A stretch of 64,000 nucleotides of DNA from Phycisphaerae bacterium (GTDB taxonomy: Bacteria > Planctomycetota > Phycisphaerae > SM23-33): the NCBI GenBank assembly GCA_039683615.1, contig JBDKRA010000029.1, positions 53,256 through 117,255 of the forward strand, given 5' to 3'. Positions 29,057-38,157 of the stretch are shown here, one piece after another. The position numbers and the translations under genes were made by a program. The stretch's first letter is position 1. Every line of letters begins with the position of its first letter. The notes under the pieces were generated by a model, which did no database searches, was not told the origin of the DNA, and worked only from the letters and a program-made list of their open reading frames with translations.

Positions 29057-29863
29057 TTATCCTTGTGCGAAACTTTGCATCAGCGTGCCGACGACCAGGT
29101 GCCACCCGTCAGCCAGCACGAACAGCAGCAGTTTGAACGGAATCGAGACCATCACCGGCGGCATCATCAGCATGCCCATCGACGTCAACACCGACGCCAC
29201 CAGCAGGTCCACCACCAGGAACGGCAGGTACACGCGGAAGCCGATCCAGAAGGCGGTCTTGAGCTCGCTGACGACGAACGCCGCGATCACGGCCGGCGTG
29301 GGCACATCCTTCCACGTCAGCTTGCCCGCGCGCGAGGCCTCGCTCTGCTTGGCGTCCAGGAACAGCACCACGTCGTTCTGGCTGTTGGAGGCCTCGATCT
29401 GGCGGATCATGAACGTCCGCACCGGCGCGGCGCCGGCGGCCAGCGCCGCCTCGCCCTGCGCACGGCCGGCGAGATACGGCTCGATTCCGTCGCGATACAC
29501 CGCCGAATAGACCGGCGACATCACGACCACCGTCATCAGCAGCGCCAAGCCGAAGAGCACCTGGTTGGGCGGCAACTGATTGGTCGCCATCGCCTGGCGC
29601 AGCAGCCCCAGCACGACGACGATCCGCGTGAAGCACGTCATCAAAATCGCCACCGCCGGCGCGACGGAAAGCACCGTCACCAGGGCGACCCACTTGAGGG
29701 CGTTGCCCGCATCCTGCGGACTCGACAGGCTCGGCAGCGATATCCCAGTCGCCGCAGCGGCGGCGGGCGCTGTCGCCGCTTGCGGCGCGGCAGGCGCCGA
29801 CTGCGGCGCGAACACCGCAGCCGCCAGCACCACCGCAGCAAGGATGTTTTTCTTTGAACTCAT
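29057..29863 (-). CDS. fliP: Flagellar export apparatus protein FliP
   Basis: Signal peptide, then FTRIVVVLGLLRQAMATNQLPPNQVL and a C-terminal FliP signature. Confidence 0.88.
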   Translation of the reverse strand: MSSKKNILAAVVLAAAVFAPQSAPAAPQAATAPAAAAATGISLPSLSSPQDAGNALKWVALVTVLSVAPAVAILMTCFTRIVVVLGLLRQAMATNQLPPNQVLFGLALLMTVVVMSPVYSAVYRDGIEPYLAGRAQGEAALAAGAAPVRTFMIRQIEASNSQNDVVLFLDAKQSEASRAGKLTWKDVPTPAVIAAFVVSELKTAFWIGFRVYLPFLVVDLLVASVLTSMGMLMMPPVMVSIPFKLLLFVLADGWHLVVGTLMQSFAQG

Positions 29864-30318
29864 TTCGGTTCGATAGACTCTTTCGCGGGCGTCTGCGCCG
29901 CCGGCGTGCCCAGCAGCGCCGCCACTTCATCCGCGTCCGTCACTTCCGACAGCGTCGTCATCTGCTCGGGGCCCACGCCCACCAGCACCAGGCGGCGGCC
30001 CATGCGGACCAGGATCACCTGGTGCCGGTACGTCACGCTGCGGCGGGCGACGATCTCGATGGCTGCGCCGCCCCGCACGCCGACTCGCTGGCCGCCCATG
30101 CGCTTCATCGCCGAGCGGACAAGCAGGATCAGGGCGATTACCACCGCCAGAGCCCCCGCCGTGCGCAGCAGGTCCCACTCGGCGCCTGGGGCAGTCCCCT
30201 TGCCGATGGGCCGCTCCTCGACCGACTGCAGCGGCCGCGTGGAGACGTCCGTCGTTGCCGGGGCGCTCTGGGCCATGATGGTTGTGGCTGTCAGAAGAAT
30301 CGCCGCTGCGACGATCAT
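29860..30318 (-). CDS. fliO: Flagellar protein FliO
   Basis: Single TM helix MIVAAAILLTATTIMA. ~150-aa protein immediately upstream of fliP. The track N-terminal extension was rejected because it runs through the repeat elements. Confidence 0.6.
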   Translation of the reverse strand: MIVAAAILLTATTIMAQSAPATTDVSTRPLQSVEERPIGKGTAPGAEWDLLRTAGALAVVIALILLVRSAMKRMGGQRVGVRGGAAIEIVARRSVTYRHQVILVRMGRRLVLVGVGPEQMTTLSEVTDADEVAALLGTPAAQTPAKESIEPK

Positions 30319-30330
30319 GGCGACCCGCTT

Positions 30331-30407
30331 GAAACAAAAACGCGTGTCGCCATGCCACCCGACTGGGAGTTCAGGGACACGCACAACGGAGTTGTGCGTG
30401 GCACCCG
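30331..30407. repeat. Two adjacent repeat elements inside the flagellar operon (fliN-fliO spacer)
   Basis: 30331-30362 GAAACAAAAACGCGTGTCGCCATGCCACCCG is related to 27879-27948 and 35645-35672. 30372-30407 is near-identical to 1428-1464. Confidence 0.6.
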
Positions 30408-30458
30408 TCGCGCATGTCGCGGACGTCTCGCCCGCGTCTTGTTGTTTCCCTGCACGTT

Positions 30459-30686
30459 TCATGTCGTTCTCGCGCCGTCTATCCGCACGCCCAGGCGGTC
30501 CTGCACGCTCACCAGCGTGCCCACTGCCGTCGCTGCGCCGTCGCGGCTTATTTCGACCGCCCCGGCCGCAGGCGTATCGAGCGTGACGATCGAGCCGGGC
30601 GCCAACTCCCGCAGCGCCGCCGCGTTCAGCCACGCCCTGCCCAGGTCGATGCGTACGGCAGTCTGTGTTTCCTGTTGCGTCGTCAT
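30459..30686 (-). CDS. fliN: Flagellar motor switch protein FliN (SpoA domain)
   Basis: RIDLGRAWLNAAALRELAPGSIVTLD...VQDRLGVRI is the FliN/SpoA C-terminal domain. Confidence 0.75.
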   Translation of the reverse strand: MTTQQETQTAVRIDLGRAWLNAAALRELAPGSIVTLDTPAAGAVEISRDGAATAVGTLVSVQDRLGVRIDGARTT

Positions 30687-31135
30687 TGCACGCCCTCGCC
30701 TGCGGATCGCGCGGCGTACGCTTCGTCGGCAGCCGCGGCGGCCAACGCCGTCTCACGCAGGCACTGCTGCCGGCGGCGGCGGTCGGCCAGCGCCCGGGCC
30801 ACCCGCACCAGCAGCACCGCGTCGAGCAGGGCCTTGCGGCTGCGCACGAGCGATTGCTCGCCGTCGCGGGCCTGCTGCTTCAGACCGCCCATCGCGGCCC
30901 GAATGCCATCCACGCTCACGCGGTATCCGGCCGGAACGCCCTGGCCGGCTGGCGAGAGCAAACTGCGCCGTGCCGCCGCGTCGTGCTCATCGAGCGAGCC
31001 GTCCAGCGCCGCCAGCCGACTCCGCAGGGCTGTCAGGTCCTGGTACGTGCGCGCCAGGACCGCTGCAGCCTGGTCTTGCTGCCGGCGGCGAAACCGCACC
31101 AGCATGTCAGCGCATTGCGTGCGTCGGTCGGTCAT
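30683..31135 (-). CDS. fliJ: Flagellar export chaperone FliJ-like coiled-coil protein
   Basis: ~150-aa helical protein between fliI and fliN. Assigned by position and composition. Confidence 0.5.
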   Translation of the reverse strand: MTDRRTQCADMLVRFRRRQQDQAAAVLARTYQDLTALRSRLAALDGSLDEHDAAARRSLLSPAGQGVPAGYRVSVDGIRAAMGGLKQQARDGEQSLVRSRKALLDAVLLVRVARALADRRRRQQCLRETALAAAAADEAYAARSAGEGVQ

Positions 31136-32468
31136 GGAGGTACGTTCCTGTTTCTTGCGGTTCGTCGGCGACCGCAAGCTTTTGCAGTGACGCGATGGTC
31201 TGGTCGAAGTCGCACGGCTCGGCCACGTCCTGCGTCAAGAAGGCGTCGATGGCGTCGCGGGCGGCGATGGCTTCGTCATATTGCGGATTGGCCCCGGCCT
31301 GATAGACGCCCAGGTTGAGCAACTCTTCGACCTCGCGATAGAGCCCGACCAGTCGCCGCACGCGAGCGGCCGCCGCCTGATGTTCCGGCGCGGCGACCTC
31401 GTCCATCACGCGCGATACGCTGGTGACAATGTCGATGGCCGGCCAGTGCCCGCGGTTGGCCAGCGTGCGCGTCAGGTGGATGTGCCCGTCGGCCACCGCC
31501 CGCACGGCGTCGGCCAGCGGGTCGCCCGCGTCGCCTTCCTCGGCCAGCACCGTGTAGAAACCGGTGATCGATCCCGCCGCCGTGCGGCCGCAGCGCTCCA
31601 TCAACTGCGGCAGCAGGTTGAAGACGCTAGGTGTGTACCCTCGCACGGTCGCCGGCTCGCCCGCGGCCAGGCCGATCTGGCGCTGGGCCGACGCCAGGCG
31701 CGTCAGCGAGTCCATCACCAGCAGCACGTTGGCGCCGCGGTCGCGGAAGTATTCAGCCACAGCCGTAGCGACCGCGCCGGCCTGCACGCGCAGCAGCGGC
31801 GGCTCGTCGCTCGTCGAGGCTATCACGACGCAGTGCTTGAGGGCGTCACTGCCAAGTTCCTTGTCGACGAAGTCGCGTACCTCGCGGCCGCGCTCGCCGA
31901 TCAGCGCCACCACCGTCACGTCGGCGATGGCGCGGCGGGCGATCATGCCCAGCAGCACGCTCTTGCCCACGCCGCTGCCGGAGACAATGCCCATGCGCTG
32001 CCCCTGGCCGACGGTGAGCATCGCGTCGATGGCCCGCACGCCGGAGGGCAGCGGCGTGTCGATGCGCCGCCGCGACAGCGGGGCGATGGGCTGCGGCCAC
32101 AGGCTCTGCGGCATCGGCGCGGCCGGCGCCGGCAGGCCGTCGATGCAGCGCCCCAGGCCGTCGAGCACGCGCCCCAGCAGTCCTTCGCACACTCCGACGG
32201 TCTGCTCGGCGAAGGTGCAGTGCACCAGGTCGCCGCGGCGGATGCCCGTCATGGCCCCGGCCGGCATCACCAGCGTGCTGCGCCCGTCGAAGCCGATCAC
32301 GCGGGCGTCCAGCCCGCCGCCGGCGCACGCCAGGCGGCAGCCCGCCCCCAGCGGCACGGCGAAGTCGGCCACGCTGACCGTCAACCCGCGCACCGCCTCC
32401 ACGCGGCCGGTGATGTCCACCGGCTCGATGCGGTCCAGCGCCTCGGATTGTCGCTCAAATATCTGCAT
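31107..32468 (-). CDS. fliI: Flagellum-specific ATPase FliI
   Basis: Walker A GSGVGKS, Walker B LLVMDSLTR, FliI/T3SS-ATPase N-terminal beta-barrel. Confidence 0.92.
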   Translation of the reverse strand: MQIFERQSEALDRIEPVDITGRVEAVRGLTVSVADFAVPLGAGCRLACAGGGLDARVIGFDGRSTLVMPAGAMTGIRRGDLVHCTFAEQTVGVCEGLLGRVLDGLGRCIDGLPAPAAPMPQSLWPQPIAPLSRRRIDTPLPSGVRAIDAMLTVGQGQRMGIVSGSGVGKSVLLGMIARRAIADVTVVALIGERGREVRDFVDKELGSDALKHCVVIASTSDEPPLLRVQAGAVATAVAEYFRDRGANVLLVMDSLTRLASAQRQIGLAAGEPATVRGYTPSVFNLLPQLMERCGRTAAGSITGFYTVLAEEGDAGDPLADAVRAVADGHIHLTRTLANRGHWPAIDIVTSVSRVMDEVAAPEHQAAAARVRRLVGLYREVEELLNLGVYQAGANPQYDEAIAARDAIDAFLTQDVAEPCDFDQTIASLQKLAVADEPQETGTYLHDRPTHAMR

Positions 32469-33222
32469 GCACGCTCGTATCCGCGGCCGGGATGTACCGG
32501 CCGGTCGTATTTTGCTGTGGCTCGCTGGGCCGACCGAGCAGCGCCTGGGCGACCCGCCGCAGTTGCGTTTCGATGGTCGCGTCGACCGCCCCGCAGCGCG
32601 TCAGCACTCGCGCGCCGCCGGCGGCAATGCTGCTGTCGGCCTCGAACCGCACGCGGCCGGCGCGGGCGAGCTGCCGCCAGAGGCGCTGGCCTTCCTGCTC
32701 CAGCGCCGGAAGCTGCCCAGGATTGACGCACACGATGATCTCGTCGGCGTCGCTGGCCAGCTCCATCGCCCGGCGCAGGTTCACCAGCGCCGCGCGAGTG
32801 TCCACGGCCGCCACTTCGCCCACGATCCGCCGCGCCAGCTCGATGCCGAATCGCAGCAACTGCTCCTGGCGGTCCTGCTGGACCTGCCCGGCGGCCGCGG
32901 CCAGTTCGTCCACGATCTTGCCTGCCGCCTGCGCCAGGGCGGACATTCGCAACTGGCTCTTCTGGGCCGCCTGCCGCAGGCCGTGAGCGTAGCCTTCGGT
33001 CTGGCCGCGCTGGAATCCTTGCTCGTAGGCGCTGCGGTTGTAGTTGGTCTGGGCCGACTCGAGCTGCGCCTGTGCGGCGGCGACGATCTGCTGAGCCTGC
33101 AAGCGGGCCTGGTCGAGAATTTCTTTGCCCGCGGCCTCGAAGTCCGGCAGGGCCAACTCGGGCGCGCCGGCGTCGCCGCACGCGGCGGCTTGGATGATCC
33201 AGGCTGTCTTGGAGGCGTTCAT
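32455..33222 (-). CDS. fliH: Flagellar assembly protein FliH
   Basis: Coiled-coil N-terminal half and a FliH/YscL-like C-terminal domain. Start set at MNASK. The upstream in-frame extension is arginine-rich high-GC noise. Confidence 0.65.
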   Translation of the reverse strand: MNASKTAWIIQAAACGDAGAPELALPDFEAAGKEILDQARLQAQQIVAAAQAQLESAQTNYNRSAYEQGFQRGQTEGYAHGLRQAAQKSQLRMSALAQAAGKIVDELAAAAGQVQQDRQEQLLRFGIELARRIVGEVAAVDTRAALVNLRRAMELASDADEIIVCVNPGQLPALEQEGQRLWRQLARAGRVRFEADSSIAAGGARVLTRCGAVDATIETQLRRVAQALLGRPSEPQQNTTGRYIPAADTSVHADI

Positions 33223-35123
33223 GTGGCGGCGGCCTCCCGTGCTTCGTCGAGCGTGCTGCCGCAGCGGCGAACCATGCGGGCGACGTGGTCCTGGGCGGCT
33301 TCCACTTCGCTCAGCCGCACCGGCGGCAGCGTGTCCATCTGGCGGCGCAGGTCTCGCGTCGCGCGGCCGCCGATGCAGTGGAAGATTTTCGTGCGGATGG
33401 CCTGGCCCGCTGTGCGCATCGCCACGGCCAGCACCTGCGGATCGAGTGCGGCCAGTGCGGCGCGGAGTTCGTCGTCGTCGACAAGTTCGAGGTCTTCGAA
33501 CCCCAGCATGTCGCGGCGGATGTTGCGGGCCAGTTGCGGCTGACTCGAGGCCACCAGGTCCATCACGGTCCCGCCGGCGGCACCGCCGGCGTGCGTGAGG
33601 ATGTCGCGAATGACGGCCTCGCCCTGGCCCTGCGGAGTGTGGAGGGCGTTGAGGCGGTCGATGAGCGTATCCAGCACGTCCTGCACCGTTCGCTCGTCGA
33701 CCGTTAGCGGGTGCGCCAGGTGCATCACCACCTGCCGAGCGATCGGGGCATCGAGCGCGGCCAGCATCGCCGCCGACCGCCGCGGGTTCATCCGCGAAAG
33801 CACGATGGCGATCGTCTGCGTCTGCTCGGCCGCCAGCACCCACAGCAAATCGTCGTCGGCCAGGAGCTCCAGCCGGCGAATCTTGCTCTCCTCGGCCGTA
33901 ATCTCGCACGGCGGCTGCGCCACCTGCTCGGCCGCGGTGCGAGCCCTGGCACGACGGCGGCGACGCACGGCCGCGATGATGCAGAAGACCCCCGCCGCAA
34001 CCAGCACACCCGAGCCGGCGACAGCCCAGCCGCTACGGCCCTGCTGCGGCGGGCCCACAAATGCTGCCGCGAGGGCTTTGCCCGATAGCGCGTCGGTGTA
34101 GCAGTCGACGCTGACGGCCTTGGCGTCGGCCCCGATGATTCGCGCCGCGGCGGCGGCGATCCGTGCCGACTCATCGCGCGTGACTTGCTGAATGTCGAGA
34201 TTACGGCTGGCGGCGATGGCCTCGAAATAGCTCCGCGGCGCCAGCAGTGACGCGGCGGTGCAAGACTCGCCCTGCACCGCTGCGGTGACAGTCAGGCCCG
34301 GCACGTACGTCAGGGCCCCGGCGATGCGCTGCTGCCAGTAGTCGGCCACGCGGGCGCGGTTGGCCAGCCGGTCTTCCTGCGCCAGCGTCTCGTCGCCTGG
34401 CCGGTAGCTGCGCCCGCGCTGGTCGATCACGCACACGGCAGTGCGCTCCAGTCCGGCGTTGCTGCCGGCCAGCAGGTCGGCGATGGCGTTGACGAGTTGG
34501 GCGCTCATGCGCGCCTGGGCCCGCATGCGGAGGTTGACCGCAGCGGTGGCCGCGACTGCGGGCTGGCCGATCTTGCCGGCGCGGCCGCCCTCGAAGATGA
34601 CCTCGGCGTACTCGACGTCGGGGAACTGGCCGATCAGGCGCGAGAGCCGCTCGGCCTTGGCGGCCGCGGCGCGCTGTGAACGCTGCGATTCCGACAGCCA
34701 GATGTCTTCCTGAGACGAAGCCGCCTGCGCCGCGAGATCCTGCGGCGTCAGTGAGGCGTCGGTGAGGATCTTACGCGCCGCCGGCAGCGCGTCGGGCTGC
34801 ACGAGCAATCGCCCGCCGACGATCTGGCACTCGATGCCCCCGCCGGAGAGCATGGCGGCGGCGTTCTTGACGTGCTCGGCCGGCAGAGGCTGGTTAAAGA
34901 CGGCCTTGCGCTGCGGGGCAGCGTCGCTGGCCATCAGCCAGATGCCCCCCGCCACCGCCAGCACGGCCAGCGCAGCAAGGGCCGCCTGCCAGATGCGGCC
35001 GGTGACCGTCGCCTGGGCCTTGAGCCTCAGCCAAAGTTTGTACAGCACCTTCACCACGCGGTCCTCCGTGACCGCAAGTTGAGTGGCACGGCAAGAACGC
35101 GTGCCACCCGCTCGATCATCCAT
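33219..35123 (-). CDS. fliF-fliG: Fused FliF (MS-ring) and FliG (rotor/switch) protein
   Basis: N-terminal ~410 aa has TM1, an RBM1-like block (VFNQPLPAEHVKNAAAMLSGGGIECQIVG) and TM2. C-terminal ~215 aa has the FliG middle motif EQTQTIAIVLSRMNPRRSAAMLAALDAPIARQVVMHLA and the torque-helix region RLSEVEAAQDHVARMVRR. Single uninterrupted 634-codon ORF. Confidence 0.8.
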   Translation of the reverse strand: MDDRAGGTRSCRATQLAVTEDRVVKVLYKLWLRLKAQATVTGRIWQAALAALAVLAVAGGIWLMASDAAPQRKAVFNQPLPAEHVKNAAAMLSGGGIECQIVGGRLLVQPDALPAARKILTDASLTPQDLAAQAASSQEDIWLSESQRSQRAAAAKAERLSRLIGQFPDVEYAEVIFEGGRAGKIGQPAVAATAAVNLRMRAQARMSAQLVNAIADLLAGSNAGLERTAVCVIDQRGRSYRPGDETLAQEDRLANRARVADYWQQRIAGALTYVPGLTVTAAVQGESCTAASLLAPRSYFEAIAASRNLDIQQVTRDESARIAAAAARIIGADAKAVSVDCYTDALSGKALAAAFVGPPQQGRSGWAVAGSGVLVAAGVFCIIAAVRRRRRARARTAAEQVAQPPCEITAEESKIRRLELLADDDLLWVLAAEQTQTIAIVLSRMNPRRSAAMLAALDAPIARQVVMHLAHPLTVDERTVQDVLDTLIDRLNALHTPQGQGEAVIRDILTHAGGAAGGTVMDLVASSQPQLARNIRRDMLGFEDLELVDDDELRAALAALDPQVLAVAMRTAGQAIRTKIFHCIGGRATRDLRRQMDTLPPVRLSEVEAAQDHVARMVRRCGSTLDEAREAAAT

Positions 35124-35132
35124 GACAGAGCA

Positions 35133-35474
35133 CTACGTCGCCGGCGCGCCCGAAAGCCGCAGGCGAATCTGCCCGAGCTTCATGCCCGAGGCCTTCAACT
35201 CTTCAATCGAATCCAATCGCTCGAACGCCGACTCGTCATAGAGCCGGTGCCCGCCGCGGGTCCAGCCGCATTCCTGCAGCAGCCCCATGGCCGTGTAGTT
35301 GTGGATCGTCTGGCGGCTGGCGCCGAGATAGTCGGCCAGTTCGCTGATGCGATAGACCTTAGGCGGCCGTCGCCGACCGCCGCGACTCGCCGCAGGCGTT
35401 ATGCCGCCACCAGACCCCACGCCGTCCGAGGAGCTGCCGGCAGGTGTCTGCGGATTTGTGTCTATCGCATCCAT
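35133..35474 (-). CDS. MerR-family transcriptional regulator
   Basis: HTH YRISELADYLGASRQTIHNYTAMGLL and a dimerisation helix. Start set at MDAID. Confidence 0.7.
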   Translation of the reverse strand: MDAIDTNPQTPAGSSSDGVGSGGGITPAASRGGRRRPPKVYRISELADYLGASRQTIHNYTAMGLLQECGWTRGGHRLYDESAFERLDSIEELKASGMKLGQIRLRLSGAPAT

Positions 35475-35611
35475 AAAGGTCTCAAGTGCTGCGCTCACGG
35501 TCGACCGGCTACTACTCTTTACGCTTTGCAAAATGTATAGCACCTGCGGCAAAGCAGCAACGGAAAAATCTTTAGAAAATCTGAAAAAAGTTACCGCCAC
35601 GACGATATGGG

Positions 35612-35657
35612 CGTCCTCAGCGACCTCAGCGGCTAACTAATCCCCCGGAAACAAAAA
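35612..35657. repeat. Partial copy of the 43370-43547 inverted-repeat element
   Basis: 25 nt (CGTCCTCAGCGACCTCAGCGGCTAA) identical to 43493-43517, then a similar tail (CTAATCCCCCGGAAACAAAAACG vs TTTAACCCCCAGAAATTGGTCGCAAAAACG). Confidence 0.6.
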
Positions 35658-35691
35658 CGTGTATCGCCATCCCGGCCGGTTCGCCGGTACA

Positions 35692-36819
35692 ATGTGGGCC
35701 ATGCGATTTATGGATTTGACCATCCTGGTTGCCATCGGCGTGGCCGCGATTCTTGGCGGGTGCAGGAAGGGGACATCCCCCACTTCGGCACCTGCCTCTG
35801 CGCCACTGCCGGCCAAGGCCGCTCAAGCCGGGCGGGAACAGAAAGACGGGCGAAAATCACCGGTGGCCGGATTGCAGCCCGGGGATCGGATCGTTTCGAT
35901 CGGAAGCCGAAGGGTCTCGGCCACTCGGCCGTCGCAGACTATGCAGGCCGTCGAGGCGGCGCGGGTTTCGGTAGCCGCGCAGGAATTTCTGCCGCCGCAA
36001 CGGCTGGCGGCATCGCGATCCGCGTCCGGTCCGCTGGACGCCGACCTTGTCGAGGGCGACGCCGCCTTGGCGGCAGGCAATCTGAGTGGGGCCGAGGCAG
36101 CGTTCCGGCGGCTGCTCGAACGCCGCCCCAAAGACTACGATGCCTTGTGCGGGCTGGCCACCACGCTGACGGCCGGCGGGCACAATCTGCCGGCCATGCT
36201 GGCCTATCAGCGCATCCTGGCGCTGCGGAAAGACGACCACACCGCGCGGTTCAACCTGGCGGTGGCGATGTCGCGGCTGGGGCGGTTCGACGAGGCCGAG
36301 CAGGAGTTCATCACCCTGCTCAAGCAGAACGCCGATGACGTGCGGGCCCGCTACAATCTGGCGATGGTGCTGGCCGCACATGGCAAGCTCGACGACGCCC
36401 GCTATCATCTTAAAGGCGTCGTGAGCCGCACCGACTCGCTGCCCTCAGCCTACGCCATTCTCGGCCAGGTGCTCATCGATCTGGGCGACGACGAAGGCGC
36501 GATGGAAGCCTACGGCAAGGCCGCCGCGCTCCAGGGCGACAACGTCGACAACTGGAAGAACTATGCCGCCGCCGCGCAGGCTGCCGGCAGCTACGGCCGG
36601 GCGATCTTGGCCGCGACGCGCGTGACGAAGCTCAACTCCTCCGACCCCGCCGCGTGGGCCTATCTGGGCGACTTGCACATGGCCGTGTACGAATCGACGC
36701 AGAAGGAGCACTTCCTGCGTCAGGCCCGCGAGGCCTGGATGCGGTCGCTGTCGCTTAATCCCGAACAGGAACCTCTTCGCGCCAAGCTGCGGGCCGCTCC
36801 GCGCCCGAAGGAGCCGTGA
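35692..36819 (+). CDS. TPR-repeat lipoprotein
   Basis: Lipobox LVAIGVAAILGGC. Multiple TPR motifs (AEAAFRRLLERRPKDYDALCGLA, ARFNLAVAMSRLGRFDEAEQEF, ARYNLAMVLAAHGKLDDA). The track ORF starts at GTG 35659; an internal ATG was chosen. Confidence 0.75.
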   Translation: MWAMRFMDLTILVAIGVAAILGGCRKGTSPTSAPASAPLPAKAAQAGREQKDGRKSPVAGLQPGDRIVSIGSRRVSATRPSQTMQAVEAARVSVAAQEFLPPQRLAASRSASGPLDADLVEGDAALAAGNLSGAEAAFRRLLERRPKDYDALCGLATTLTAGGHNLPAMLAYQRILALRKDDHTARFNLAVAMSRLGRFDEAEQEFITLLKQNADDVRARYNLAMVLAAHGKLDDARYHLKGVVSRTDSLPSAYAILGQVLIDLGDDEGAMEAYGKAAALQGDNVDNWKNYAAAAQAAGSYGRAILAATRVTKLNSSDPAAWAYLGDLHMAVYESTQKEHFLRQAREAWMRSLSLNPEQEPLRAKLRAAPRPKEP

Positions 36820-36823
36820 GATC

Positions 36824-37693
36824 ATGCTCGACCTGAAGACCTTCGCCAAAACCATCCGCGTCAGCGACGGCGCCTGGGGCACTGAACTGCAAACCGCCGG
36901 CCTTGTCGCCGGGGCTTCGCCGGAACTGCTCAACGTGGAGAATCCCGCCGCCGTGGCGGCCGTCGCCCGTTCCTACGTGCAGGCCGGCTCCGACGTCATC
37001 CTCACCAACACCTTCGGCGCCAACCGCTTCATCCTGGGCTCGCACCACCTTGCCGACCGCACGGCCGAACTCGCCCGCGCCGGGGCGGCCATCAGCCGCC
37101 GCGAGGCCGGCGACGCCGTCAAGGTCTTCGGCTCGATGGGACCCACCGGCAAGATCATGATGATGCAGGAGGCGCCCGAGGCCGAGATCGCAGCGGCTTT
37201 CGCGGAAGCGGCCGTCGCCCTGGCTGAAGGCGGCGTCGACGCGATCCTGCTGGAAAGCTTCGCGCAGCTCGACGAGATCTCGCTGGCACTTCGCGCGGTG
37301 CGTGAAGCAGTGGACCTGCCGGTAGTGGTCTCGATGACTTTCGCATCGGGTCCCGACGGCACGGCTACCATGATGGGCAACACCCCGGGCGACATGGCTG
37401 CCGTGGCGAAAGAGCACGGCGCCGCGGCTATCGGCGCCAACTGTGGCGCAGGCCCGGCGGGGTTCGTGAAAGTCGCCCGGCTCTTCCGAGCGGCCAGCGC
37501 CCTGCCGATCTGGATCAAGCCCAATGCCGGACTGCCCCAGCGCGGACCCGACGGCAAGACCTTCTTCCCCATGAGCCCCCAGGACTTCGCCGCCGCCGGC
37601 AAGTCGCTGATCGAAGCCGGCGCCAATTTCCTGGGCGGCTGCTGCGGCACCACGCCCAAACACATCGCCGCCGTGCGGCGAGTTGTGAGTTAG
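36824..37693 (+). CDS. Homocysteine S-methyltransferase (Hcy-binding domain) protein
   Basis: Pfam S-methyl_trans-like: DGAWGTELQ, ILTNTFGAN, zinc-ligand motif GGCCGTTP near the C-terminus. Confidence 0.8.
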   Translation: MLDLKTFAKTIRVSDGAWGTELQTAGLVAGASPELLNVENPAAVAAVARSYVQAGSDVILTNTFGANRFILGSHHLADRTAELARAGAAISRREAGDAVKVFGSMGPTGKIMMMQEAPEAEIAAAFAEAAVALAEGGVDAILLESFAQLDEISLALRAVREAVDLPVVVSMTFASGPDGTATMMGNTPGDMAAVAKEHGAAAIGANCGAGPAGFVKVARLFRAASALPIWIKPNAGLPQRGPDGKTFFPMSPQDFAAAGKSLIEAGANFLGGCCGTTPKHIAAVRRVVS

Positions 37694-37717
37694 CACTGCC
37701 TGCTAAAGGGGCTTCAC

Positions 37718-38152
37718 ATGATGGAAATGAGCATCACAGAACGGAAAGCACTTGAACGAATTGAAAAGGGTAGCAGGCGAACTGTGTTTTACTGGGCCAT
37801 TGATGGCTTTATCCTTTTTGTTCTGCTTTCAGTGTGCGTAGGGGCCTGCGGGCTCATGCTGGCAGCGATCGAGACCTATCATTTCTCCTCGTGGAAGGAG
37901 TTGGTGACACTGAGTATGCCAACACAATTGCAGCAGTCGGAAAGTCTCAGTGCATCAACCCGCCATATTGGGGCGATGTTTGTCTTGTTCCACGGCTGCG
38001 TGGCGTTCTTTTCTCTGCTGTTGTCGCTTCAACAACTCAATAACATCCTCATCTTGATACGTCAGGTAAGTGCTCACAAGGTAGCCGCACGACTCATCGC
38101 CCATCTCAAGGAACTGGGCGAGATTCCGTCGGGTCTGCCCAAGACTCGATAG
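37718..38152 (+). CDS. Hypothetical small membrane protein (low-GC gene)
   Basis: Two hydrophobic helices. Gene GC is noticeably below the surroundings. No family recognised. Confidence 0.4.
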   Translation: MMEMSITERKALERIEKGSRRTVFYWAIDGFILFVLLSVCVGACGLMLAAIETYHFSSWKELVTLSMPTQLQQSESLSASTRHIGAMFVLFHGCVAFFSLLLSLQQLNNILILIRQVSAHKVAARLIAHLKELGEIPSGLPKTR

Positions 38153-38157
38153 CAAAC

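Noticed and set aside
27879-30410. Sigma-54 (-24/-12) promoters in the TGGCAC- and TGGCAT-containing repeats upstream of flhB and fliO
   Set aside because: TGGCAC and TGGCAT are present, but spacing to a GC dinucleotide is off by one and no TTGC -12 element is found. The motifs occur in both orientations, which fits a palindromic repeat better than a promoter.
29860-30756. 298-aa version of FliO with a long Arg-rich N-terminal extension
   Set aside because: The extension runs through the intra-operon repeat elements and overlaps fliN. The start was reset to MIVAAAILL (30318).
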